NCBI RefSeq assembly: GCF_009914755.1
Contig: NC_060936.1
Source of the DNA: the human T2T-CHM13v2.0 reference genome, Homo sapiens
Strand: one strand, 5' to 3'
DNA: 64,000 nucleotides
A program made the position numbers and the translations under genes. The stretch's first letter is position 1. The number at the start of each line of letters is the position of its first letter. Positions 40,187-52,431 of this stretch are shown here, one piece after another. The notes beneath the pieces are model-generated. The model made no database searches, had not been told where the DNA came from, and was given only the letters and a program-made list of their open reading frames with translations.

Positions 40187-40781
40187 GTAAGCCATGCCCC
40201 ATATGGCCTTGAAGGCCAAGCCCACAAGGATTCAAATCCCGACTGTTCTTTCCTTTCTGGGTGACCCTAGGCAAGTTACTTACCCTCTCTGAGCTTCAAA
40301 TGTCACATCCTTAAAATGAAGCCTCTTTAGGGCACATGAGCATTAAACCTGGCCACATCTCTAGATGTCCCCACTGCCATGAAAACTACCTGTTGAAGCC
40401 TGGTTCCTCTCCTTCCCCGACCACCTCCTCCAGGCCCCACCCCTGCTGCCTTCCCTTTCTGGGGCCTCTGTGGCCAGGAAGCCGGCTGTGCCAGGAGAAC
40501 TCCATCTCCTGCCAGGATCTGGGCCAGGAAGCTCCTCTCCAGGCTGCTTATATCCGTGGGGCTGCCTTCCTCCTTCCCCGGGGAGCTGGCTGCTGTGACT
40601 CCGTAAGAGTGAGCTGTAACCAGCGGAGGTATTTCAGTTAAGCTGCCGCAAGAACCCTCCAGTGTGAGCCATCAGACAGAATGCTGGGGGACAGAAAGGT
40701 TTTCTCCTAAGAAGACATGCAGCAAATCCCTCCAGGGACACCCACTGGCCTGACCAGACATAAGGGATGGGCAAATGGACC

Positions 40782-40980
40782 TCAGAGCTGTCCTGTTCAA
40801 TACGGTAGTCACCACCCACATGTGGCTATTTCCAGCTCAATTAAATACAACATTCAGTTCCTCAGTTACACCAACCACATTTCTAGTGCTCATTAGCCCG
40901 TGTGTCTAGTGAGCTCTGATCAGACAGCACAGATGTAGGATGCTGCCTTCATTGCAGAACGTTCTCCTGGACAGCACTGC
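40782..40980. mobile_element. MER3-like hAT MITE
   Basis: ccacatgtggctattt...attcagttcctcagttacacca...cattgcagaacgttctcctggacagcactg. Confidence 0.7.
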
Positions 40981-43047
40981 TCTAGGATCCGGATGTGTCC
41001 ATGTCAGAAAATTCAAGGCAGTGCCACCTGCCCACTCTGGTCCCCTTTCTCTCTGCCACCCCACTCCCCACCCCCACCCCCTGGACCTGGCTTGGTCTTG
41101 GCTCCGGAACGTCAGGCAAGTAGAGGTAGTAGATGTGGGGAGCTGTGAGCCCCAGCGGCGTCATGGATCAACTGGAAGGCCCCTCCCCATCTCTCCAAGA
41201 CTCAGGCCCAGCTCCCAGTGGGTGCTTCAGGGAGGAGTCTCTTCCCTGAAATAGTGGCCCGGGACACGCATGTACACACAAGTGCACACCCACAGACACA
41301 CTCGCACCCCATGGGCTTAGCTCAGGACCAGGAGGAGGCAGCACACACTGCTGGCCAGCCCTGTGCAAAACTAAGTGTGCACTCCACTCACTGGGCCTCA
41401 TCTGTGAGGAAATGTGCTAGACAAAGAGGAACAGGACAGGATCCCTGCCCTCGGGGAAGCTGGACACACAGCAGGCGATGTGCATGCAGTGCAAGGCTGG
41501 GCCACCCTCAGAAGAGAGAGCAGCGCAGGTTGGGAGGGTTCCATGGGGCAGAGGCGGGGTTTGCTTAAGTGAAGAGGGTGGGAGTGGCAGGTCAGGGCCA
41601 GGGGCAGATGAGGAAAGGCACAACTGACAGCGAAGGCTGTGTCGCTGACGAAGACCTGCAGGGTGTCTGTGCATGTGGACACGGCCCTCACACAGGCCAG
41701 AAACACTTAGAACCCCAGGCCACGTCTCAGGCAGGAGACAGCCCTAAGAAAGCAGTGGCTGCAGAGCCAGGGCCAGCACCCGGCCCTCCAGCAGCAGCAC
41801 GTGGATGTAAATGACAGAGACACACAAAGCTGTATTCACACAAGCGTGATGGTGGAAGCAGGTGTCTCTCCTTCACCACTGACGGCGCCGGGCTCTCTTC
41901 TAAGTGCTTTATATGAATCACCTCTTTCAGTCCTTACAACAGCATGGCATGGAGGTACTTTTGTTGTCTGCATTTTACAAATGACACAGCCATCAGGTGG
42001 CACCAGCACAGACCAGCAGAGTCACGTGGAATGTGCAGTTCCCGCGTGACTCCTTCTGCGCGCTGTGCCAGTCCCTGCTCTGTGTGCTGTCATGCTCTCC
42101 TCGACTCCGGGGGCCCCTGTTCATCCCTGTGGATTGTTCCTGGCCCTGGACAGAGCATTAACCCCTTCCTCCTCTGTGCCACACACAAGCTTCTGTCATC
42201 TTCTACTACGCGACAGTGGATGCTAAGCTACCCAAGGGTAGGCCCCATGCCTTACTCAAGTTTCTTCGCTCCAGGCACATAGTAGCTGCCTAGCAAACTC
42301 TTGTTAGCTGAACTAAACATACCTCCACCCCACCCACCTCCAGACATACACCAGCGACAGCCTCACAGCAGCCCTGTTCTCTCTCCTGTGTAGGAACTTT
42401 GAATCTCAGTGCCGCAACTGGGAAAGGCAAGAAGCAACCCATGTCCACTGTCTTGGAATCATTTTATATCTGGGCTGGTGCTTCCCTGCCCTGGGGTGGT
42501 ACAGATGACCCCAGGTCTTAGCACTCATGACAGCCCCTCTGGTTGACACTGGTCTCCCAGTGCCATGGGCGGGTCTGGGGCTCTGAGACTTCAAAGCCTG
42601 AATGGGGGCCTGGGAGCCTCTGACCAGGCTAGATCTCTGTCCCCACGTCCTGACCCCTGGGTGACCAGGAAACTCCCCTGCCTTGTGGTTTTGTCCACCC
42701 TGGGCTCTGCCACCCAGTGGTACACAGCCTCACTCTCTGGGGACCCACCTCGCAGACCCGTCCTGCCCCCAAGACACCCAGCATAATCTCCTTAAAGGAC
42801 TTGGGTGGCTAAAAAGCTGGCAAGCAGGTATCCTGCAGGCCATTCAGCAATGAGTCTGAGAAGGGCCCTGGCGTGACCAGCTCTCTGCTCAAAGCATGGG
42901 AAGGGAAAACACATTATACAAATACTAACTAACCATGGTTCGGGTAGACAAATAGGGGTTGGGTTAGTATTTGAATAATGTGTCCTGCAGCCTGGGACCC
43001 TACGCAGGCCTCTCACCTCCAGCCTCTGCCTCTGCCTCTGCCTCCAG

Positions 43048-43206
43048 TTCAAGTGCTGCGGAAGCAACAGCTCAGCCGACTGGCAGCACAGCACGTACAT
43101 CCTGTTGCGGGAGGCCGAGGGCCGCCAGGTGCCCGACAGCTGCTGCAAGACAGTGGTGGCGCGCTGCGGCCAGCGGGCCCACCCCTCCAACATCTATAAG
43201 GTGGAG
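43048..43206 (+). CDS. TSPAN11: TSPAN11 coding exon 6 (CCG and PDSCC motifs), FKCCG...NIYKVE
   Basis: (cctctg)3cctccag acceptor, GAG/gtgagc donor, 159 nt; tetraspanin signature CCG and PxSCC. Confidence 0.98.
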
Positions 43207-43579
43207 GTGAGCACCCAAGCTCAAGTTGGGGGTGAGGAGAGGGCCCTGGCCTGGCCGTTCAGGAGCCCCAGAAAGGCTGGGTCAGGCAGGTGGGTGTGGG
43301 AAAAGCAGGACACATGTGCTCCTTGGCCACGAGCCCACAGTGTCTGGGGCTTTCCAGAGTCTCTACAAAGCCCTGGGACAAGCAGCTCATACCGGAGAGT
43401 ATAGGACACCATGGCATGCCCCTGGGGCCACTCAAGTAGCCTGTGAGCAATTCAAGGTTGGGTCCAGCCTGTGAGTCCTCTGGCCTGTCCTCAGCCTCTG
43501 CTGCAGTGACAGCCCGCCCTCCGTCCCCACCCATGCCTGCTCCTGGGCCATGGCCGCATCACCTGCCCTTCTCTTACAG

Positions 43580-43666
43580 GGAGGCTGCCTCACCAAGCTG
43601 GAGCAGTTCCTGGCCGACCACCTGCTGCTTATGGGGGCAGTGGGCATCGGGGTGGCCTGCCTGCAG
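43580..43666 (+). CDS. TSPAN11: TSPAN11 coding exon 7, GGCLTKLEQF...VACLQ
   Basis: ttctcttacag acceptor, CAG/gtgagt donor, 87 nt; EGGC motif across the junction and start of TM4. Confidence 0.97.
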
Positions 43667-43917
43667 GTGAGTTGCAGTGCGGGGACTGGTGGGGGTGGAA
43701 GGGCTCTGAACCCCTCTCCCATTGACACAGGTCTTCAGTAACCACCTGGGCTGAAATAACTGACCCTTTGCACACCCGCACCCTACCCTGCTCTCTTCTT
43801 CTCTCCCCTTCCCTCTGCAACCAAGGCTGAATCCCACGGTCAGTCTCTCCCCCAGAGAACATGAAGGAAAATAGCTGGGGACAACATGAACTTGTCAGGA
43901 ACAGGGACCTGGGCGGA

Positions 43918-44137
43918 GTGTGAGTGTGGGCTCAGGTATGTGCATGCACCCCATGTGTGTGCACGTGGGGGTGAGCGTGCAAGCCATCTGTGGTACGTGT
44001 GTCTGCATGCTTCTGGGTCCATGTGGTTGGGGTTGTATGCACGTATATGTGTTTAGGGGTGCTTGTGCATGTGTGTGTGAGTGTGCACGTATCTGCATTC
44101 ATTCCTTTGTGTGTGCATGTGTGTTTGTGTGTGTGTA
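43918..44137. repeat. Degenerate (TG)n-rich tract
   Basis: Directly visible alternating purine-pyrimidine sequence. Confidence 0.85.
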
Positions 44138-44434
44138 TAGTCAGTCCTCCATGTCCGTGGGTTCTGCATCCGTGAATTCAACCAACTGTAGATGAAAAAT
44201 ATTCCAAAAAATGGATGATTGCATCTGTACTGAACAACCTTGTCATCATTCCCTGGGTAATGCGATATATCGACTGTTTACGTAGCATTTACACTGTATG
44301 AGGTAGTATAAGTAGTCTAGAGATGAGTTAAGGTATTATATAGGGGAGAATGTGCATAGGTTATATGCAAATATTGCACCATTTTATATCAGGAATTGAG
44401 CATCCATGGATTTTGGTGTCCAGGGCAGTGACTG
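44138..44434. mobile_element. MER2 (TcMar-Tigger)
   Basis: ccgtgggttctgcatccgtgaattcaaccaac...ataggttatatgcaaata...ttgagcatccatggattttgg. Confidence 0.8.
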
Positions 44435-44819
44435 TGTGTGTGTGTGCCCTCATCCAGCTGTCTCCCTGAGGATGAGCAATGCCTTTAGCTCCCATTTCTC
44501 CCTGTACCCTCTCCCCTAGCTGCCACCCAGGAAGTCAGGGTGACACTCTTGGGTTACTCTAGTCAAGGGTCCGAAGGAGGGGAGCCAGGAAGGCCTCCTC
44601 AGCGGCAAGAGCCCCTGCAGTCCCCAGCTCACGAACACGCCTGCTTCCGCTCAGCAGGAGCTGAGTGTGGGCTGTCCTTCTAGGAGTCTTGCTGTCCTGC
44701 ACAGCCCTTCCCACTCCAGGACTAAGCACCATCTAGAGAAGGGGAGGAGCAGAGGCTTTGGCCTCAGAAGGCCCAGGTCCAGTCCTGGCTTTGCTCCTAG
44801 GTAACCTTGAGCTACCTAA

Positions 44820-45372
<553 letters not shown>

Positions 45373-47861
45373 TGTTCTCCACATTTTACAGATCAGAAAG
45401 TTGAGACCCAGAGAGGTGACTTACCCAGGGCCTCACACCCTGAACCAGCACCCAGGTCTCCTGGCTTTGGTTCTTTGCTTTCCCGAACTCCCTACCATGA
45501 CACACAGATCTGTGGGAAAGAGAAGCAGGGGACAGTGGCCTTGGCTGGCTTGGAGATACTTCCAGTGCAGGGTCCTTGGAAACCATGGTGCCACCTACCC
45601 ACATCATCTGTGGGCCTGGAAGGTCTAGCTGCAGCCTAACACACTGGGAGGAGGGTCCGTCGCCTCTGGAGGGACCCCCATCTTGGTTCTGCCATCTACA
45701 GCTGTGGACCTAGGGCCAGTTCTTTCATCTCTGAGTCTCAGTTACTCATTTGTAAAATGGGGCTAGTTATACCTTATCTGCTTGCCTGGTGGTGGGAATT
45801 AGCAATATCCATGTAAGTCACTTGGCTCATGGCTGAGCAGATAGCAGGTGTTCAATAAATGATACCCATCATTTTTATGATTTCTGCATTAGTACGTTAT
45901 CTCTCAAAAAAAAAGCTCTAGCTGTTCCTTGGCCAGACCAGCCTGCTCCCCATCATTCTCACTCAGCTGCAGGGCCAGGGAGCCCAGGTGGCATGAGCAT
46001 TGCCCCTCTATTGCACTTCCCCAGGGCAGGCCTTCTGTCCTGTGTGCTGAACCCCAGAGGAGTAGTCAGTGGGAACAGGAGAAGGTACGCTCAGCAGCAC
46101 AGAGCAGTTGAACTCTCCAGAAACCTGTTACTCCAGGTGTTGAGGGGGCCTGCTCTGTATGGACACAGACCAGGCCTGGGCCACTCTGTCCATTTCTTCT
46201 TCACCTCTCTGGCCTTGAGAGCCTGTAGAAGCTGCAGACGAGGGCAGTGAGGCTGAGGGCAGGGAGCAGGACTGCGGATGCCCAGAGCCGACGGTCAAGG
46301 TAAACCGCACAGCTGCATAAGTCTGATATTGAAGAGGTCAGGTTGTTGAGCAGTGCACCTGCAGGCCTGCCACTCCTCCTGCCCACTCACAACCCCCACC
46401 ATGCAGTCTGTTCCTTCGCCGTTGCTATGGAATGGCTTTTGGTGGCTCTCAACCTCTTGCCCAGTTTTCTCTGCTGTGGCCCACTGAGCCAGCCCAGGAG
46501 CGGCCAAGCCTCGGGTTAGGGCTCCCTCTGCCAGCTGACGCTGGGCACTACACTGCTCAAGTCCCAGGTGGGTCCTAAGCTTTGAGAAAGGGCTCATACC
46601 AGTCTCTTCCCCAGGGTCATAGTTTACCTCCTAGAGAGCAGACACCAGGCATTTATCTCCCCTACATACCCAGCCTGGCACTTCCAAGACCCCCAAGGCT
46701 CAGGAAATATCAGTCCAACATGGTGTCATAATGTTCCCCAGCCCCCAGCTACTGCAAGAAATCTTGCTTGGGAGTTACAGGGCCTGATTTCTAAACATAG
46801 CCCCACCTCTTGCTGTGTTACCTCAGGGAAATCTCATTCCGTCTCTGAGCCCTTAGTGTCCTTACCTGTAAAATGGACAGATTGGATATTTGTGAGCCTT
46901 TTTTAAGTAGCAGCATCCTCTTTTCAATGGAAATATCACGTAGGAGCCCAGTACATAAACCATAGGAGGTGGAGCTGTTTCAGGCAGGGACAAGCCTAGC
47001 ATGACGGCCTCCCCTCACTGCCCTTGGTGGCCCTGAGCTACACTAAGGGTTTCCAATACAGCTTGAAAGCTGTGGGTCTAGCCCATTTCTATGGAACCTT
47101 CTGGATCTGGTGTTCTATGATTTTTCAGTAAGGTTCCCATCGCAGGAACCAGTGACCTTGAGACTGATGTCCTGCAACACCTGGAGTGTTAAAGCAGATG
47201 GTTTGTGAACACTGAAAACTAAGCAGAATATTTAATGAAGGGAGCACACCTTGATTTCAGCCAGGTATTTGGCAATGCATTCCTTGTTACCTTGTGGACG
47301 TGTGGACCAGGCACTTGTATGCTCAGGAGAAATCAGGGCAGGCTGGATGGCCACGCTGTGAGAGAGAGATGAGAGTTCACATCAGCTTAGCGAAAAGTCT
47401 CCAGGAGCGGGCCGTGGCCTTCAGCCTCAGACCTGTCTCTTCATTTTTCTTGGTGATCTCAACGAAGACCCAGGAAGCATGCTAAACTATTTACCTAGCA
47501 TTTCTGGTCTGTTGTATGATAAAGCCAGCATTGAAAAAAGAGCTCGTTGGATATGAAGATGTGCTGAAACGAAGGGTAAAACCTTTAATAGAGTTAAAGT
47601 CCTTGCACTTGAGCTTTGTTTTGTTTTGCACTTAAGCCTGTAACAGAGAGAGGGCATCTGCCTGAGTTACATGATAGGGTGCTGCCCACAAAGATGTGGC
47701 CTGGAACTGCACTGGTAGAAATCATGGAGAGAGTCAGGGTGTGGGAGGTGCCAGCTCAGGCCACCCTCCAGGTGGGACCAGACCTCCGCAGAGCCCCAGG
47801 GCAGTGGTCCTCAACCTTGGCTGCACAGTGGGATCACCTGACAAGCTTTAAAACTACCCCA

Positions 47862-48132
<271 letters not shown>

Positions 48133-48824
48133 TACCCCAGGCCTGGGCTCCCCGCAGCAAAATGAAACAAAATGGTCTGGGGCTGGCACCTGGGCATCAG
48201 TGTATTCGTGAAGCTCTCTAGTGATGCCACTATGCGGCCAGATGCAGAGGGAGTGGCAAGGGGAGTGTGGGGCCCAGAAGTCAGATGTGAGAGAGGTCAG
48301 GAGATGGGGAGCAGATGCAGCACCCTCGTGGTCTTGAAATGCCCAAGGCAGTCATGTGGGGAAAGGAGGGACTGTTCCTGGGAGGTTCCAGAGGACAGAA
48401 GGGGAACAGTAGGTGGAATTATTTTCAGGAGACACATTCAAGAACTTTTTAACAATTTGAATTGCTAAACAGTGGCCCTTGCAGAGTACTAAACTCCCTG
48501 CGGCTGCAGGCTGGGGCAGAGGCTGGGGGCCGGCAGGGATGCTGAAGGGAGAATCCCCTGCACTTGATCGGCAGAGGCCCCTCCATGCTGAAGTTCTGCA
48601 TTCCGGGAGTGCACCTATCCCCTCAGCAGGGGCCCCCCAGGCTTCTCACCCACCTCAGTCATGGAACAGCACACCAGAGGCAGTTTCAGACCTGGACAGG
48701 ATCATCACAGTGCTGAGGTACCACCCGATCAGACTCTTCCACCTGGAAAGGCCTTACAGACTACCTGGACCAGAGCCACCGGCCCTGGCTGCATGCTAGA
48801 GTAGAGTTGTTTAAATACCATTGT

Positions 48825-49208
<384 letters not shown>

Positions 49209-51994
49209 TTAAGCCTCCCAGCTGGGTCAAACATACATTCGGGGTTCAGAGTCCCCGGGCTCATCTTATTCATGCACATCTGAAGACATCAAGCCTCACC
49301 AGAAAGTCACCTGCTGAAGGTGACACAGCCGCTGTGGCAGAGCTGGCCAGGCCTCCAGCTCACAGGCCTGCTTCCTCTGCACCAGCTTCCCCTCTTGTGG
49401 GTGGAATCTGGAGGCACTCCACTTTGAGGTAACTTTAGAAGCTAATTTCTAGAATATTCTGGCTGGGGAACATTTCACTAAAAATGTCACAGTAGCCCAG
49501 CCCTTTTCCTGCAGCCCTCCTCACATCAGCGTCCTGGGAGCCTCCGCCCAGGGGGCCGGCAGAGGAGGCTGTGTTTACTTTGGAACAGAGCTGCTGTGTG
49601 CCAGGTGCTGTGCCCAGTGCCAGGGCCACATTGCAGGCAGAGTGCCGTCCCTTCTCCCAGGGAGATTTTACTTGAAGGAAGGGGACAGGTAAGTGTATGG
49701 CAGTCACAGTGCAGTGCTAGGTGCTGTGTTAGCAGGAGTCCTTGGGTTTAAGAAGCAAACATCAGTGGCCCTAACCAGTCACGGGAGGTCAGGGAAGGCT
49801 TCCTGGAGGAAGTGATATCTCATTAAGTCCTGAAGGAGCCCGATAGGCAATGACAGAGGGGAAAGAGCCAGGGTGAGGGAATAGCGTGTGCAAAGCCCTG
49901 GCTTGCAGGTGGGGAGCGGGGGTCTTTATCCTGCCTGGCCTCTCAAAGGATTGGGGTGTTGGAAGGACTGGGTGCTGTGCTGTTGGTTCTTGTTATTCTA
50001 GTTTTTAAAGAATCTTGCCAAGGAAGACCCTAGACCAGTGTACAGACCGGATGTTTTCCTATTGGCAGAGGGGGATTTGAGGCTCAGAGAGGGAGGTAAC
50101 TTTACCCAAGATCACACAGGCCACTGGTGCAGCCTCAAGTAGAACCTAGCCCACCTCCAACATGCTCAGCTTGCAAGATGGTAACATGTCTCAGAACATG
50201 GAAAACACAAGACAGTCAAGACTGGGATCTGCAGGTCATTAAAAGGGAAACCAATCATTTTGGAATGACTTCTCAGAAGCTCTGTGGCCCTTCCTTCATG
50301 CTCTCTGCTGACAGCCAGGTGCTGACTCAGAAGCCTCAGAGGAAGCTGAAGGCAGGACGGCCTCCCTGTTAAAAATGTCCCATGTGTGGCCAAGTGTCAC
50401 ACACAGGCAGCTGCCAGAAGATAGCACCAGGCACCATGTGGCTGGGCCTCCAAGCCGGGCCCAACCCCATCTGCCACCTCCAGCACCTGCGGTTAGCTGG
50501 CCTTGTGTTGTCTCTGTGTGCCCCCTGTTGGCTGCTGGAGCCATCCGTGCTGGTTTCTCAGTGTCCTCTGTCAGGAGGGAGATGGCAATGCCTATTCAGG
50601 AACCAGACTGGGTGGCATCCTGTACCCTCCACATGCTTCAGCGTGGTGTTCACGTGTGTGTGTGTGTGCAAGTGTGTGTGTGTGCATGTGGACGCAGTGA
50701 TGAGGGTCTGGCCCACACACCTCTGCCCCTTACTGTGCCTGTCCTGGGAGGCTCGCTGGGAACACCCAGCTCACGCAGGAGCCTGTCTGCTGGGGAGTGT
50801 GGCCCCTCCAGTCCTCCCCCAGCAGGAGACGTACATTGCAGGCGATGCAGACATGGTTTCCAGCACAAACCTGTGCCGGTCAAACAGCTCCCTTCTGGCC
50901 TCCCTCTTAGCACAGATAAGATCCAGAAAATCCCACAGGAAAATCATCAAACCATGAGGTAGGGACACCTGCATGGGTGGAACGGCATGACGGCCGCCTG
51001 CGTAAAGCTAGCGGGAGATGAGATAACCTCCTAAGCCGCCTTTCAGCCTGAGGCCCCAGGTGGATTAACACCAAGTCTGCAGGCTGAAAGCAGTGTTCAC
51101 ACTCCACGCTGTCCTCCAGGTTGGGAGGGATGGAGAGGAGGAAGGAGGGGAAGAGGATGGGCCCCTTCCACACTACCTCCCCCAGCTAGCTGTCAGAGAC
51201 AGTACAGGACACACGCATCTCCACCAGCCTGCTCTCCTCCCACTGGATAGAGCTCCACCTGCATCCAGGTTTGCACCGGCAAGGTCAGGGCAGCAGCAGC
51301 TGCTAGGAAAGTCAGGACACTGTTTCAATACTTAGGAGAGCCACCTTCACCCCAGGTATCACGGGACAGTCATGGGGCTGCTTTAGCCCAGTGCCCCCTC
51401 CTGTGTGCAGAGAGCCAAGATCCAACAACATGTCATCATCATTATCAGGATCATAATCACATTACCCTCAATGCATCCTTGGGTGGGAGGGAGGAGAGGA
51501 AGAGGAGGAAGAAGGCAGAGGAGGGCCCATGAAGAGCAAGGAGGGAGAATAAAGCTCCTCTGCATTCTGGAAGTGGGAGAAGTGAGAAGGCGGTGTGCAG
51601 GGTGATCCTCCCAGGCCTGTGTCTGCTTTGGACCAGATGCTCCAGCCCCTTGTTCAGCTGTGGATACCGACAGAAGGGCTGGCAGACAGGACGCCTGGGG
51701 CCTGAGCTTGGTGCTGCATTCTACACTGATTGACAGGGTGAGCTCACCAGCTCTTATTCTATGCTGACTGACAGGGTGACAGCTCAGGAGGCTCTTCCCA
51801 GAGTCTCAGTTTCCCCCATGGCTCCTGTACACCAGCCAGAGCATCGAAGATGGACCTGAGTTTTGCTCTAGAGTCTAAGGACAGCAAAACACAGGCAGAC
51901 TCTTTCCTAGAGAGACAGTCCACTTCAGACAGCTCTGATGAGGGAGTGGAAACATTACTCTTAGGGCCTAATTAAATCAGGCCATCTCTGGAGA

Positions 51995-52290
51995 AGATCT
52001 AGGACCACAGACCAGCAGCATCAACTGGGAGCTTGCTAGGAATGCAGACTCTCAGGCCGCCACTAGGCCTGAAGAATTGTAATAAGGAGGTCCCCAGATG
52101 ATTCATGCCCATTAAAGTGTGCAAAGCCCTGCTCTTGGATAGTAGATGGCAGAATGTGGTTCCCCCAGGCACACCACCATCACCTGGGAGCTTGTCAGAA
52201 ATGCAGAACCTCAGGTCCCACCCTGACATTTTGAGCAGTTTTGAGCAGGAATCTGCCCTTTGCCCAGGCCCCAGGGTATTCGAGTGAGCA
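51995..52290. mobile_element. Tandem MER5A/B fragments upstream of the last exon
   Basis: Two copies of cagcatcacctgggagcttg..agaaatgcaga..ctcagg. Confidence 0.65.
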
Positions 52291-52371
52291 GCACTGCTCC
52301 AGGGCCCTGAGGGCCGGCAGCTTCCAGGAGTTCTGATTTCTCTTTGCTCCTCTGCTCTCTCCACCTGGCAG

Positions 52372-52431
52372 ATCTGCGGGATGGTTCTCACCTGCTGCTT
52401 GCACCAGAGGCTCCAGCGGCATTTTTACTAA
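52372..52431 (+). CDS. TSPAN11: TSPAN11 last coding exon, ICGMVLTCCLHQRLQRHFY*
   Basis: Long pyrimidine tract ending ctggcag at 52371; TAA at 52429-52431; total CDS 253 codons plus stop; juxtamembrane CC. Confidence 0.96.
   Translation: MCGMVLTCCLHQRLQRHFY

Noticed and set aside
43015-43047. Alternative acceptor CAG at 43020-43022, 25 nt upstream of exon 6
   Set aside because: It is only ~6 nt after the likely branch A (ctcAc, 43015), lacks its own long pyrimidine tract and would frameshift.
51388-51406. CTCF-like motif on the minus strand, and others near 26400 and 49545
   Set aside because: Mismatches at informative core positions; not distinguishable from background by eye.
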